A stretch of DNA of 64,000 nucleotides from Mustelus asterias (lineage: Eukaryota). Under the pieces are notes generated by a model. The model was not told where the DNA came from. It worked only from the letters and a program-made list of their open reading frames with translations, and searched no databases. The number at the start of each line of letters is the position of its first letter. Within the stretch, counting starts at the first letter, position 1. The stretch covers positions 558,001 through 622,000 of the forward strand of contig NW_027590140.1 of the NCBI RefSeq assembly GCF_964213995.1. The letters run 5' to 3'. Shown in pieces: positions 1 to 12,165 of the stretch. A program made the position numbers and the translations under genes.

Positions 1-405
1 GAGGGACTTGAGGTTTTTTTGGTAGAGAGAAGAAGGTTAAGTGGTGACTTAATAGAGGCATACAAGGTGATCAGAGGATTAGGTAGGGTGGATAGTGAGA
101 CCATTTTTCCTCGGATGGTGATAGCTAGCACGAGGCGACATATCTTTAAATTGAGGGGTGACAGATATAGAGCAGATGTCAGAGGTAGGTTCTTCACTCA
201 GAGAGTGGTAAGGGCTTGGAATGCCCTGCCTGCAGCAGTAATGGACTCGCCAACATTAAGGCATTTAAATGGTCATTGGATAAACATATGGATGATGTTG
301 GAATGGTGTAGGGAGATGAGCTTTAGATTGGTTTCACTGGTCGGCACATCATCGAGGGCCGAAGGGCCTGCACTGCGCTGTAATGTTCTATGTTCTATGT
401 TCCAT
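1..405 (+). mobile_element. CR1-like LINE 3' end fragment
   Basis: ORF 19..513 has the CR1 ORF2 C-terminus (ERRRLSGDLIEAYK..RGRFFTQRVVRAWNALP), followed by a (TTCTATG)n tail at ~385-405. Confidence 0.9.
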
Positions 406-643
406 GTTCAGACAGTGACCCAAGCCGGGAATCGAAACAGCGTCCCTGGCACTGTGAGGCAGCTGTGCCAACATGCCACTCACGTGTTAGTTAGGTTAGT
501 TAGAAACAACTAACATAATTCCTCAGTTGTTGTTCCTCCTCTTGTTCGGTGTTGTGTTCTGTGTTGATATTTTATTAATGGCTCTGTGACCACCCTCAGG
601 AAGCGCGCCCTCCGCTGATCAATAACTGGAACTTCCAGTCTGC

Positions 644-978
644 AGTTATTGTCCGGAATCCTCTCGATCTCTGCAGCAGTGTGGGCTGCACGGCACATAA
701 GTACACTGCGCTGTCGGAGAAGAGCATCCCAGCGATAGTTAAAGAAACTATTTTGTGTTTCTTGCTCACACCAGCAGGAAATCTCTATAGAAAACTTGAA
801 AAGTACGTTTCCGTGCTGTATAACGTCAACAGATACATTGAGCCTTCCCCGGCAGACTGGATGTACCATAACAGAATTCGACCAGCTGTCGAGTAACTGC
901 AATCCAGTCTTATTGTGTGTCCTTGCTGAACCCTAAATTCAGAAAGATCCTGGGACAGTTTATCTTTGCCATTGTTTC
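644..978 (-). pseudogene. TCR V segment pseudogene (TRAV/TRDV-like) with RSS
   Basis: V exon 978..684 reads DKLSQDLSEFRVQQGHTIRLDCSYSTAGRILLWYIQ...FSSFL*RFP...VSLTIAGMLFSDSAVYLCAVQ. It has an in-frame TAG, and the acceptor is CAA instead of CAG. RSS: CACACTG (683-677), 24 bp spacer, ACAATAACT (652-644). Not in the ORF track. Confidence 0.85.
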
Positions 979-1794
979 TTGCAACAAAATATAGGATTGA
1001 TTAAATATCTGGTAGTGAACGTTGGGAACAGACAGTGACGATTTGAACACAGAATCACTGGACAACAAGATTAGTAAAGAAACATCGGGACAACTTGCTT
1101 GCTACTATAGAATTGTACAAAAGAGCAGAATTTTTAAAGTATATCAACACTTCCAATCTGACATGAAGAAGTAATTTCATATCATAGATAAGTTTCATTT
1201 ATTGAGAAATTGATGGGCGCTCACCAAGGACAGAATTGGCTGGTCTCTCAGTGCTGTCAGCAATTGGGCACCAATCAGTATTGGCTGTAGCCCACTTACT
1301 TTACCTGACTGTTTCTCTATCTCCCTCTGTCTGTCTTTTTCTGCATCCACGGATCTTCTGACCTTCTCTGTGTCTGTTTGTCTCCTTCGATCGTTTGGTC
1401 TCTCTCTCTCCCTCTGTGTCAGCCACCTTTCTGTGTGTCTCTGAACCTGTCCCTCCTTCAGCTGTGTTCCAGGAAAGTGCAGGATATGGAACATGCACAT
1501 TTTCCCAGTCTCCCATTTCAACAAGCTCCCCAAACAAAGCGTCCCATTATTGGGAGCAGTTATCGCGCACAATATACACAGACACAAATCTGAGATTTAA
1601 AAAAAATGGAGCACGTACATTGAACCCCCGCAGTATATCAGATCAACGTGAAAATAGAGTTATATTTGCATCCTTTGTTTGCGTGAACATTTAAGACTCC
1701 TCATTCTGTAAGTATTCTTCTAGTGCCAAATTGTGTAACACAGGCATAATTTAACGGGCTGTTCTAGGATAGTAAAATCAAATAAATGAATAGA

Positions 1795-2165
1795 CGTTAC
1801 AGAGCAGAATTCGAGGAGGACTGGATTCATTGTTGGATTACACAGTGAAATGTTACAGAGCAGAATTCGAGGAGAACTGGATTCAGTGTTGAATTATACA
1901 GTGATATGTCACAGAACAGTGATCCAGGAGAACTGGATTAATCGTTGGATTACACTGGGATATGTTACAGATCAGGAATCCAGGAGAACTGAATTAATTG
2001 TTGGATTATACAGTGATATGTTACAGATCAGGAATCCAGGAGAACTGGATTATTTGTTGGATTACACAGTGATATGTTACAGAGCAGTAATCCAGAAAAA
2101 ACTGGATTAATTGCTGGATTAATTTTGACATTTTACGGAACAGGAATCCAGGAGAAAATGATTAA
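1795..2165. repeat. Minisatellite, 56-bp unit, about 6.5 copies
   Basis: GT(T/C)ACAGA recurs at 1796, 1852, 1908, 1964, 2020, 2076. Unit ~ TGTTACAGAGCAGGAATCCAGGAGAACTGGATTAATTGTTGGATTACACAGTGATA. Confidence 0.9.
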
Positions 2166-2707
2166 TAATCCGCCTACATGATTTGGACTCCGTTCACTGT
2201 CGCAGGGGCAATTGAATTTAATTAATCAAATCAACATCTGAAATTAAAGCTGGAATAAGTGGTGACATTGGCACCGTGGGATTAGGATAAATTCCCAATT
2301 GAATTAACAATGTTGTGGAAAGAAGGGAATCTGCCATCCTTATCCAGCCTCGCTCCAGACCCACATCAATATGTTTAATCCTTAACTTCCTTCTGAAATC
2401 ATCGCTGCATGAAAACTGCGACTAAGAACGAGAAGCCACACCGAATAATAACCAAATGAAAGTTTCAGTCACATCCCATTTCTATGGCAGAAAAATGTGT
2501 CCTATAAAGACACCGACTGGAGTACAGATTTTGGAGCTTCCATTCAGTGACAGTCAGCTAAGCAATAACCAATTTCACGGTATCACTGGCGAGACACGGA
2601 ACTGACGGTGTGAGCATTCGGAGGCAAGTCATCAGAGTATTGAATGTCGGGACCAGAACGGGTGCCTTCAAATATCCGATCTCCCTTTTACAGAGGGGAC
2701 AGAGACA

Positions 2708-3203
2708 ATGCGGATACTCAACATCTGGGTTGTGTGGGAAGCATTTCTGACAGGCATTTGTGGACATCTCGTTTGTTTTCTCATTAAAGAAAACTTATGT
2801 TGAATCTGAAATTTGAGCACACGTCAGTCCAATATTTATCTATTTGAACATCTTTTCCAGATCTGAGTCATGAAGATTCTGTCACAGCCGCTGTCCTCAG
2901 ATGTTGAGACGGAAGGTGAAGCGGTGATTTTGTACTGTTTTTGAGATACTGCATGGAGTGACTATTATTTACTCTGGTACCGAAAACATCCAGACTCCCA
3001 TCCCGAGTATATACTGAGGGTCTACGCAGGAGGTGGTGGAGTTAAAGCAGATTTTGCTAAAATCCGTTTCTCGACTGATTTCCAGAACTCGAATTAACAC
3101 CAGTTTGACTATCTCGGATCTGCAGCTGCTGACGCTGCCGTGTATTACTGCGCTTTCTGGGACGCACAGTGATAGAAAGCAATCTGCCTCCTGCACAAAA
3201 ACT
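2708..3203 (+). pseudogene. TCR V segment pseudogene (delta-like family) with leader and canonical 23-RSS
   Basis: Leader 2708-2753 (MRILNIWVVWEAFLT, GC donor). V exon 2861-3164 has frameshifts and stops (..TEGEAVILYCF*..LLWYRKHP..AAVYYCAFW). RSS: CACAGTG 3165-3171, 23 bp, ACAAAAACT 3195-3203. Confidence 0.9.
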
Positions 3204-4769
3204 GTCTCAGCAATATAAGTGAGATCTCCTCTCTGCTGTGTTGAATCGTGGACAGATGCAGCCGCAATGAGCAGCGTCGCCGTCAGGCACTCAAACACAA
3301 ACTGATAGGAAACCGCATTAACCTCGGATCAAACTGTCACGCAGATGTTCCCAGGAGGGGCCAAGAACGGAAAAACAACAGAATCGAATTAAGCCGACAG
3401 ATCCATTATAAAATCAATATTTCAGCAAAACAGTCCTTTCTGCTACTGGTGAATTGTGCATTCTTTTAACATCCGGCATGTTATAAACCAAATATTACAC
3501 AATAATGACCGGCAAGAATCGCACAGACAGCAGATCGGCATCCACCATGTTTGCGTGACGTTACTCAAACTGAAGTCCCCATTTGTCCTTTGCTGCCTTC
3601 TGCGGGTCTGCCTGTAATGTTGAACAACACTCTGTTGTCACTCAGACTAGGGTATCCACTGACGAGGCCCCGAGAGAAACTTTTACACGAGATATTTCGT
3701 CCAACTGATTCGTTATAGATATTCAAAACACTACATAAGCACTGAACATCTCTTTATTTCCCTTTTAGAGGGAAATTTATATACTCACAGAGTGATAAGC
3801 CGATAGAATTCACTACTATAGAAAGCAAATCTGGGCAGAATATTGCATTTTATCAAGAAGTAGATAAATGCAGTTCTCGTGGCTAAATGGTGACAAGAAG
3901 GAATAGATTACTGAGTTCGATGATCAACCATGAACATAAGGAGGATGGAGTCGGCTCGAAGGGCTGAAAGGCCTTCTCATGCTCCTATTTTCTATGTTTC
4001 TATTGGACACTGATTCATAGTCATTCATTCCTGTAACACAAATACGGAATGCTTCAGGGACTAAATGTAACACCTGGATGTCACGCTGACCATTTAAAAA
4101 TATACTGACCTCGCAGAGAGACAATGCTGTCTGCTTTAGAATTCGACAGAAAGTAACAAAATGCTCCAATTATGTTGAATGTTGCAGCCTGACATAAAGT
4201 CCGACCCACTTTGGAATCTGGCTTCACTTATTGAGAAACTGTCGTTTTTCCAGGAACAGGATTGGCTTTTCTGCCAGAACTGCTGATTATTACCCACCAA
4301 TAAATGAGAGCTACAGAAATTTTTTTCTGATTAGTTATCTTTCTCTTGGTCACTTTTCTGATCTCTCGTTCTCTTTGTCACGTACTCTGTCTCTATGACC
4401 AGACATCCATTCATTTAGGAAATTTCCTCACCGCTTTAAAATGGCTCGAAGTGAATACAAATAGTTCAAGGCAGTGAATACATTTTTACCAATTCAAAAA
4501 ACATGCCGTCACTCGAAACCGCCACCAGACGACGTGACCATTATTGCGGTGTTTTGACATTGACGCCCGACAATCAGTAAATATCCTTTCTGTTTCATTC
4601 AATAAAACCATGGTGACCGGAGACCATGAAGATGGCACGGCACATATAAATTGACGAGTAAGGTATTAGAAATAGGAACTGAATAAGCGTTTAAAGGTGA
4701 AGGAGCAAGAGGATTTGTAGGTTGCAGTACAGAGAATGAGGAATAAACACATTACCCTGACCAGTAAGT

Positions 4770-5078
4770 AAAAGTAAAGTTACTTTATTAGTCACAAATA
4801 GGCTTACATTAACACTGCAATGAATTTAATGTGAAAATCCCCTTGTCGCCACACTTCGGCGCCTGTTCGGGTACACTGAGGGAGAATTTAGCACGGGCAG
4901 TGAACCTACGCAGCACGTCTTTGGACTGTGGGAAGAAACCGGAGCACCCGAAGGAAAGCCACGCAGACACGGGGAGAGCGTGCAGACTCCACGCAAACAA
5001 TGACCCAAGCCGGCAATTGAACCCAGGTCCCTGGCGCTGTGAAGTAGCAGCGCTAACCACTGCGCCACCGTGCTGCCC
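4770..5078 (-). mobile_element. tRNA-derived SINE (HE1-like head, alternative tail)
   Basis: Head GGGCAGCACGGTGGCGCAGTGGTTAGC..GGTTCAATT with A/B boxes. The tail is shared with the copies at ~19675-19946 and ~54255-54530. Confidence 0.85.
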
Positions 5079-5734
5079 CTATCATCATTGCATGATTCTA
5101 AACCGAAGGTGACTATTGGAGCTAAAAGTAATAAAGAGATCAAATATTCCTGAAACATTTAATCAATTGTTGCACACACGCACAAAATCCTAATGAGTGT
5201 CCTGAACTTATTTGTTTAAACAGAGCGTATTCCCAAATGGGACTCTGAATGACGGCGACTGACAACATCCAAGAATAATCTGATTAGTCAGAATGTCATC
5301 CACCAGTGTCCCACAGAATGAGGAGAAAGGGAGGCTCCACTGTCCATCCACCAGCTCCCCCCCCCCCCCCCACCCCCCGTTTGCAGCTGAGGCTCTGATC
5401 CTGCTGATACTGTGTGATTGTATTTTTCTAATCAAATGCCACGTTTTAGTAATTTATTAATAATGTGCTTTGGTTAATTGACATTTGTGTTCACAGCCGT
5501 TCAGTGTGAGGATCAGAGTTCCCACCCTGAGCGAGTGCGGTTTCGGGAAAGGGAACGGGTTGAACTGAACTGTCGGCTCTCTGTTGGTCCTGGAAACTAT
5601 TGGGTGAATGTTTAATCCGAGGTTATTCTGGTTTCGCTTCGCTGTGTTTGAGCAGCTGACAGCGCCGATGTTCATTGTGACTGAATCTGCCCGCGATTGT
5701 AAACAATCCGCAGCAGACAGCAGCTCCTGTCTAG

Positions 5735-6232
5735 AGCTTTTGTACGGCGGCGATAATGTTTTCTATCACTGAGTGACTGAAAGCTCAGTAATAGCCGCCA
5801 GCGTCAGTCACCTGCAGGCCCGAGATGGTTAAACTGGTGACTTTATTCTCGATCTGGAGCTCAGCAGAGAATCGGATTGGAGCAAAACTTGCTGTATCCT
5901 CAGTGTCCAAAGAGCTTTTCATCACTATAAATTCCGGTTGTTTCTCTGGGCGCTGTCGATACCAATGTAAGTAATAATTGGTGGCTGTGGCATCATAGGT
6001 ACAGGTCAATGTCACCGCTTCTCCTTCTGTTTTATAATCTGAGGGGAACCGCTGAGTGACAGAATCTCCATTAGTCACATCTGAAAAAACAAAGAAACAT
6101 AATCAAACAAAAACTGGTCAGGCCAGAAATATGGAAATATTTGAACCATGCTTGATAAGTCAGAGAAAAGATGAAATGTATTTATTCCCATTTACCAGCC
6201 AAGAATGCTCCCCAGATGCTGAGCAGCCGTGC
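5735..6232 (-). pseudogene. TCR V segment pseudogene (delta-like family)
   Basis: V exon 6080..5774: DSVTQRFPSDYKTEGEAVTLTCTYD..YLHWYRQ..TDAGGYY*, with the second Cys codon changed to TGA. Heptamer degraded to CTCAGTG (5773-5767), 23 bp, ACAAAAGCT. The leader remnant at ~6232-6196 lacks an ATG. Confidence 0.92.
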
Positions 6233-7132
6233 TGCCTCTTTCCGCGCTGTTAAAGGAGTTGGGTATTTGACAGAATCTATTCTAAACCCCGCCCCCAGTA
6301 ATTTGCCAGTGTTGCCTTATGATGAGCGGAAACTAGCACAAATTAATGAGTTTGACCACATTTTCTCAATAATTCTGATAGCTTTACCATTGGAACAGTG
6401 GTAACCGTGAATCCAATTGAATTACGTTCAGTTAAGCATTTAATTTTTTCACTTAATTCCAGCGTCACTGGTAAGACCAGTGCTTATTTCTTCATCTTTG
6501 ATATCCTCGGGAAAGGTGTTGGTGAGCCGCCTCCCTGAAGCACTGCTATTCACCTGGACTTTATTAACATGCAGAGAGGGCAGGTGTAATTTATCGAAGT
6601 TTTCGGATAATACAAAGTGACGTTACATAGTCAGCTGTAGAGAGAGATAGAAAGTCCTGCCAAGGGTTATGTGGAGTTTATGTGACGCGTCAACTGGGGA
6701 CATGAATAGAAAAATATGCTATTCAATTTGCAGGGAAGAGAAAGGAAATATAAAACATTGTAATTAGTGAGAAATTATTTCTTTCTGGTGTGCAGAGCGA
6801 TTTGTATGTTCTTGCACGCAAAACACAGACATTTAATCTAAAGATGGAGCCATCAATTGGGAAGGGTGATTTGGATGTTGCCCTTTATTCCAAAGCTGAC
6901 GATGTTCAAGAGAAATTAAGTTAAATACTGTTGCAATTGCACTGATTGTTGGCGATATCTCAGCTGGAGAACAGTGCACAGCTTTAGTAATTGAGTAAAC
7001 GATTAAAGGAAATTATTCATTTAAACGTCACTTTTGTGCTTCTGTCCGACACCGCTGCGTATTTCGCTGCCACAAATATAGGGAAAAAAGAAAATCCATA
7101 GAAAATCCTAGATAGAGATACCCAGTTAGTTC

Positions 7133-7147
7133 TCACCAGAGGGCGCT
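7133..7147 (+). promoter_or_regulatory. CTCF-like motif
   Basis: TCACCAGAGGGCGCT closely matches the CTCF core CCASYAGRKGGCRS. Motif match only. Confidence 0.45.
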
Positions 7148-7319
7148 AAGAGTGCTAAACGGCAGCGATAATTGAAATGACACCTCGAGCGTCAAAGCGA
7201 CATTCCAAAAATATCCTTAAAAAGAAAAAGAAAAATAAAAGAAAATGAGAATCAACTCCGGATTTCAGTGCATTGATAATACTGAACCTCATAAATTCAA
7301 GTATGTAGCACAATTATCA

Positions 7320-7605
7320 CAGAAACAAAGAAACAGAAGTAGGCCATTTGGCCCTTCAAGCCTGATCTGCCGTTTATTATGATCATGGCTGAAAATCGAA
7401 TTCAATATCTTGATGCTGCCTCCCCCTCCCACCTCCCATATGCCTTGATCCCTTTAGCCCCAAGAGCTACATATAATTTCTTCTTGAAATAATACAACGT
7501 TTTGGTTTCAACTACTTTCCGTGGTCGTGAATTCCACACATTCTTCACTCTCTGGGTGAAGGAATTTCTCCACACCACAGTTGTAAAATGTTTACTCCTT
7601 ATCTT
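7320..7605 (-). mobile_element. Degenerate CR1 LINE 3' fragment
   Basis: ORF 7402..7653 contains RNSFTQRVKNVWNSRP..FKKKLY, the CR1 ORF2 C-terminus. Confidence 0.75.
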
Positions 7606-8120
7606 GGAGTCTTTTTGGTCTTTTTTTAAGAGAGAGTGAGGGATATTTTGCAATTAAGCTTGGCTGCAGTAATGACCTGTCCTTTAGCCATCTCCCCCGT
7701 CACCTTCCCGATCTATGTTTACAGAATATGTGTTTGGCCAGAGTGTGCTGCTGGGTAAGAGGCAGTTCAAAGATAATCGACAGATTTCAAAAGAAATGAT
7801 CATTGAAGCAAACAGAAAAAGTGCCCCTCTCCACATGTGTACTGTGCTTCAGCACGTCTTCCCAATGCTTGAATGTTTAATTTTTCCAGAATATCAGATT
7901 GCTAGTGGTAATTAACAGACCGGATTTTCATCCGGAGCTCCTGTCTCTAATAAAAGAGCAACTTATTTTCGCTGTCGCTCCTGGTAGCGTTTGAGTGGCG
8001 GTTTGGTCCGAGGTTAATTTGATTTCTTGATGTGTATTTGAGTGTCTGACTCCGCACTGTTCATTGTTGCATTCTCCAGCGAGTATACACAGGCACGCAC
8101 AGACAGGAGCTCCTATATAG

Positions 8121-8606
8121 AGTTTCTGTATGGCGGTAACACTGCTTTCTATCATTGTGAGACTAAAAGCGCAGAAATTGACGGTAGCGTCAGTCAGCTG
8201 CAGACTCGACATAGTTAATCTGCTGACGTTATTCCCTCGAGCTCTGTAGAGAAACGCATTTTTGCAACATTTGTTTTATCTTCAGAACCCCAGGATTCTT
8301 TCCACCGTATAAACTCAGGTTGTGTAGCTGGGTGCTGTCGGTAACAGTACAAATGATAGCTGCTCTCTGTAGAATCATATGTAAAGGTGAATGTCACTGC
8401 TTCTCCTTCTGTCCCCATTTCTGTGGAGAGTCGCTGCGCGACAGAATTTCCATGTGTCAGGTCTAAAAAAAATCACACAGCAACAGATGAGACTAAAAGT
8501 GTGCAAATATGTAAACAACAAAGCTAAAGAAAAGATGAAATTGTTCCTTCGAACAGTTACCTGCCAGAAATGCTCCCCACATAACCCGGAAGCTGAGTAA
8601 CCACAT
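8121..8606 (-). pseudogene. TCR V segment pseudogene (delta-like family)
   Basis: Leader 8606-8561 (MWLLSFRVMWGAFLA, GT donor). V exon 8462..8160 has the first Cys changed to Phe, the conserved W changed to C, and a frameshift/stop in FR3. RSS: CACAATG (8159-8153), 23 bp, ACAGAAACT (8129-8121). Confidence 0.9.
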
Positions 8607-9308
8607 TGCCACTGTCCGCTCTTTAAAAGTGCAGTTTGATATTTGAAAACACCCGATCTAAATCCAGCTCTTAACTCACTACCTGGTGTCACACGTGGTG
8701 CTGTGAGATTGGCAAATGGTGTGCCAGCTATTAATAAATAGAAAAACCACAAGCTGGATTACAATCACTACACACTTATCCACGACACATTTATTCAGTC
8801 TTCATTGAATCCTCTATCGGCTCCCTTCCATGGGGAAGACCAAAACTGTAAATTGTACACCAGTTATGGGATTATTGGAAAGAAAAATGAAACAGAGAGA
8901 GGCTGCAGATATTATTTGGATGGAAAAAGAGTCTAGTCTTAGAAACATCGTCGGATATTCAAACACAGTGATGACTGCAACATGAAATAACGTTTAATGG
9001 GTTCAAGTGGTCAAATGCAGTAATAAGTAGTCTTTTAAAATATGATCATGGTTCAAAGTAATAATGTCAAAGAGATGATCCAGACCAATAAATAACATAA
9101 TTCTAGTGCGAATTTATCAGAGAAAATCGGCTGCACATACTGGAACTCAGTATTAATGTGCAGAACTGTTGTCCTGGATAAAATATTAGTTTGCCTGACC
9201 CATCGACTCATTCCATTAATCAACAATTCACTAAAATGTATCGATGAAGACATTGATTATTCTCATTTCGAAGCAGCACAGCCACCTTCCCTTAATGTTC
9301 AATGACAC

Positions 9309-9645
9309 GGGCGGCACGGTAGCACAGTGGTTAGCACTGCTGCTTCACAGCTCCAGGGACCTGGGTTCGATTCCCAGCTTGGGTCACTGTCTGTGTGGAG
9401 TTTGCACATTCTCCTCGTGTCTGCGTGGGTTTCCTCCGGTTTCCTCCCACAGTCCAAAGCTGTGTGGGTTAGGTTGACTGCCCACGCTAAAATTGCCCCT
9501 TAGTGTCCTGAGATGCGTAGGTTAGAGGGATTAGTGGGTAAAATATGTAGGGATATGGGGGTAGGGCCTGGGTGGGATTGTGGTCGGTGCAGACTCGATG
9601 GGCCGAATGGCCTCTTTCTGTACTGTAGGGTTTCTAAGATTCTAA
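9309..9645 (+). mobile_element. HE1-like tRNA-derived SINE
   Basis: Head GGGCGGCACGGTAGCACAGTGGTTAGC, with a 3' tail (GGGCCGAATGGCCT..TTCTA) resembling CR1 3' ends. Near-identical copies recur across the window. Confidence 0.9.
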
Positions 9646-10655
9646 GACACTATGCACAATGTATTCTCCGTCGTCAATATGCTGAACTGAGCCCCTTAGT
9701 TGTAGAAGCACGTCAGAGGCTGAATATTCTGTGGTGATCTCTAATGCTGGCTGTGTTGTGTGAAACCCATTAGATGAACTGTAGCAAAACGCCAGGCCCT
9801 CTTTGAATTTATCTTCCATTACCATGCTCTGAATCACTCAGACGGGCAGTGGGTGTATGGGCAACATCCGCTTTCTTATCCAAGACATTCCGGTCTGTAC
9901 ATCCATTGCCGGCCCTTTAGAATCCCAGGGGTCTAATGTTGTAACACCCGAGCTAACTCTGCCGATGAACCTTCAGTACCTGGGCTGCTGTTGTTGAAGA
10001 AGGCTGCTCATCACCACCTTCTCAGTATGAACCAAGAACTTGCACTGAGCACTCGCCGTTTTAGGGAATAGATGTGAAACAATGCAAGAAACAACGGCTC
10101 GGAACCGCAAACACCAACCGTTATCTTTCTTGTGTTTTTTTTTACTTGTTCTTTCATCCACTATTAATATTTGCACACAATTTAAAATTCTTCTCATTCG
10201 TTCTTATTCTTTCTCCATTTCCTTTTTCATCTTCCGAACTTTTTCATAGTTTAATTCTCTTTCTGTTCTTCTAATTTGAAACGGTTTTAACGTGTTCAGC
10301 ACAATTTCCTTAAGCAAGAGTGCTGAGACAGGGAGGGAGGGGTGAATTACCCAACACAAACTCAGCCCATCCCAGTGCTCTATCATAGTCTGTCTCTCCT
10401 CCTCCGTTCACTGAATGATGCTCTGTGTGATGCGGCCAGGAGGAAATGGAAAATACATCCGAAAACACAATCTCCTGTGAAAACCCAGTTGCCTCAAGCG
10501 CAACATTATGACAGCAGCAGAATTGCACTAGGCACGAGCTCTTCTCCTGCTGTAATCTCTATGTCAACCCGCTTCTCACTTTACTGCAACAGATTACAGC
10601 AGTAAATAGAACTGCTATTCCAGAGGTTTTTTTAGGGAGAGTCATAATAGATCCC

Positions 10656-11103
10656 ATGTCGTCCCGTCATCTCATTATATTGTGGTTTGTACTCGGTACG
10701 TATGGCCGTATGTACTTATGTCATACTTCCATCACAACCCACTGTTCATTTTTATTTCAGGGAGGATTCGCGCAGATTCGGTATCACAATCCAAGACAGA
10801 ACTCTACGTGACTGAAGGAGACAGTGTGATTACAGATTGCACTCATAAAATAAATCTCTTTAATCCTGATCTGTATTGGCACAGACAGCACACAAACTAC
10901 TTTCTGAGTTTTAGTTTACTTCGGGATAACAGTCGAAGAACAATCACAGTTTTTACCAGAGGAAGATTCGAGGCTGGTCAGACTAAGACAGAAAACAGAT
11001 TTCCCTTAAAGATCATTCGAACAGGAATCCAGGACATGGCCTTCTATTTCGGTGGGTTGAAGATCGCAGTGGTTTAAAACTTATCTGTCTCTGAACAAAA
11101 ACC
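10656..11103 (+). pseudogene. TCR V segment, open frame but second Cys lost and RSS heptamer mutated
   Basis: Leader 10656-10695 (MSSRHLIILWFVL, GT donor). V exon 10761-11064: DSVSQSKTELYVTEGDSVITDCTH..LYWHRQ..DMAFYFGGLK (YFC changed to YFG). Heptamer CGCAGTG 11065-11071, 23 bp, ACAAAAACC 11095-11103. Confidence 0.88.
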
Positions 11104-11394
11104 TCAGGGCCGACGAACAGGCGTTCTCTCAAGATCACAGGAACCTTCGTTGCTCTGTAAGTGACTGTCCTGTTCAGAATCTGTTAGTCCTGCTTCTGAG
11201 TTACAAAGTTTTAGGGTCAAGGCTCACTCCTGAGACTTCAGCCTGTAATCCAGGCTGTTGCCGAGTGGCAGCACCGAGGGCGTGCTGGACAGCAATGGTT
11301 GTCATATTTCGCATCAGACATTAATCTTAGGGACACACACTTCATTTATGTAAAATATCCTAGACTACTATTTTAGAAAATCATTGCGGAATTC

Positions 11395-12165
11395 ATAGAA
11401 TCATAGAACCATACAGTGTAGGAGAGGCCCTTCGGTCCATCGAGTCTGTACTGACACGCTAGAAACACTTGACGTTCCCCTTACCAGCAATTGGCCCATA
11501 CGTTTGAATGATATGATGTGCGAAATGTTCATCCAGGTAATTTTTAAAGGATGTGAGGAAACTCGCCTCCACCACCCTCCCAGGCAGCGCATTCCAGACT
11601 GTCAACTCCCTCCAGTTCAAAAAGAAATTCTCACATCCCTCCTAAACCTTCGCCCCCTCAGCTTGAATCTGTGTTGCCTCGTGACTGACCCTTCAAATAC
11701 GAGGAACAGCTGCTCCCTATCCACTCTGTCCATGGCCTTTATAACTTTGTACACCTCGATCAGGTCGCCCCTCAGTCTTCCATGCTCCAATGAAAACAAC
11801 ACAAGCCGACGGAAACTCTTCATAACTTAAATGTTCCATCCCAGGCAGCATCCTGGTGAAACTCCTTTGCATCCCGTCCAGTGCAATCATATCCTTCCGA
11901 TAATGTGGCACCCAGAACTGCACATAATACTCTAGCTTGGGCCCTAACCAACTCTACACAACTTCCACATGACATCCCTCCTTTTTTAATCTATGCCTCG
12001 ATTGATAAAGGCAATTGTCCCATTTGCCTCTTTCAGCACCCTACTAACATGTCCTTTCGTCGTCAGAGATCTGTGCAGAACCACGCCAAGGTCCCTTTGT
12101 TCCACTGAACTTCCTGGTGTCATGCCATTAATTAAATATTTCCTTGTCAACTTATTCCTTCCATC
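11395..12165 (-). mobile_element. CR1-like LINE 3' fragment
   Basis: Fragmented ORFs EQRDLGV, QFWVPHYRKD, RLRGDLIEVYK, plus the TTCTATGA tail. Confidence 0.9.

Noticed and set aside
510-902. 130-aa minus-strand ORF
   Set aside because: An alternative frame over the V pseudogene at 978..684.
1795-2165. Regularly spaced repeats resembling a CRISPR array
   Set aside because: Contiguous 56-bp tandem units with no unique spacers, in eukaryotic DNA; a minisatellite.
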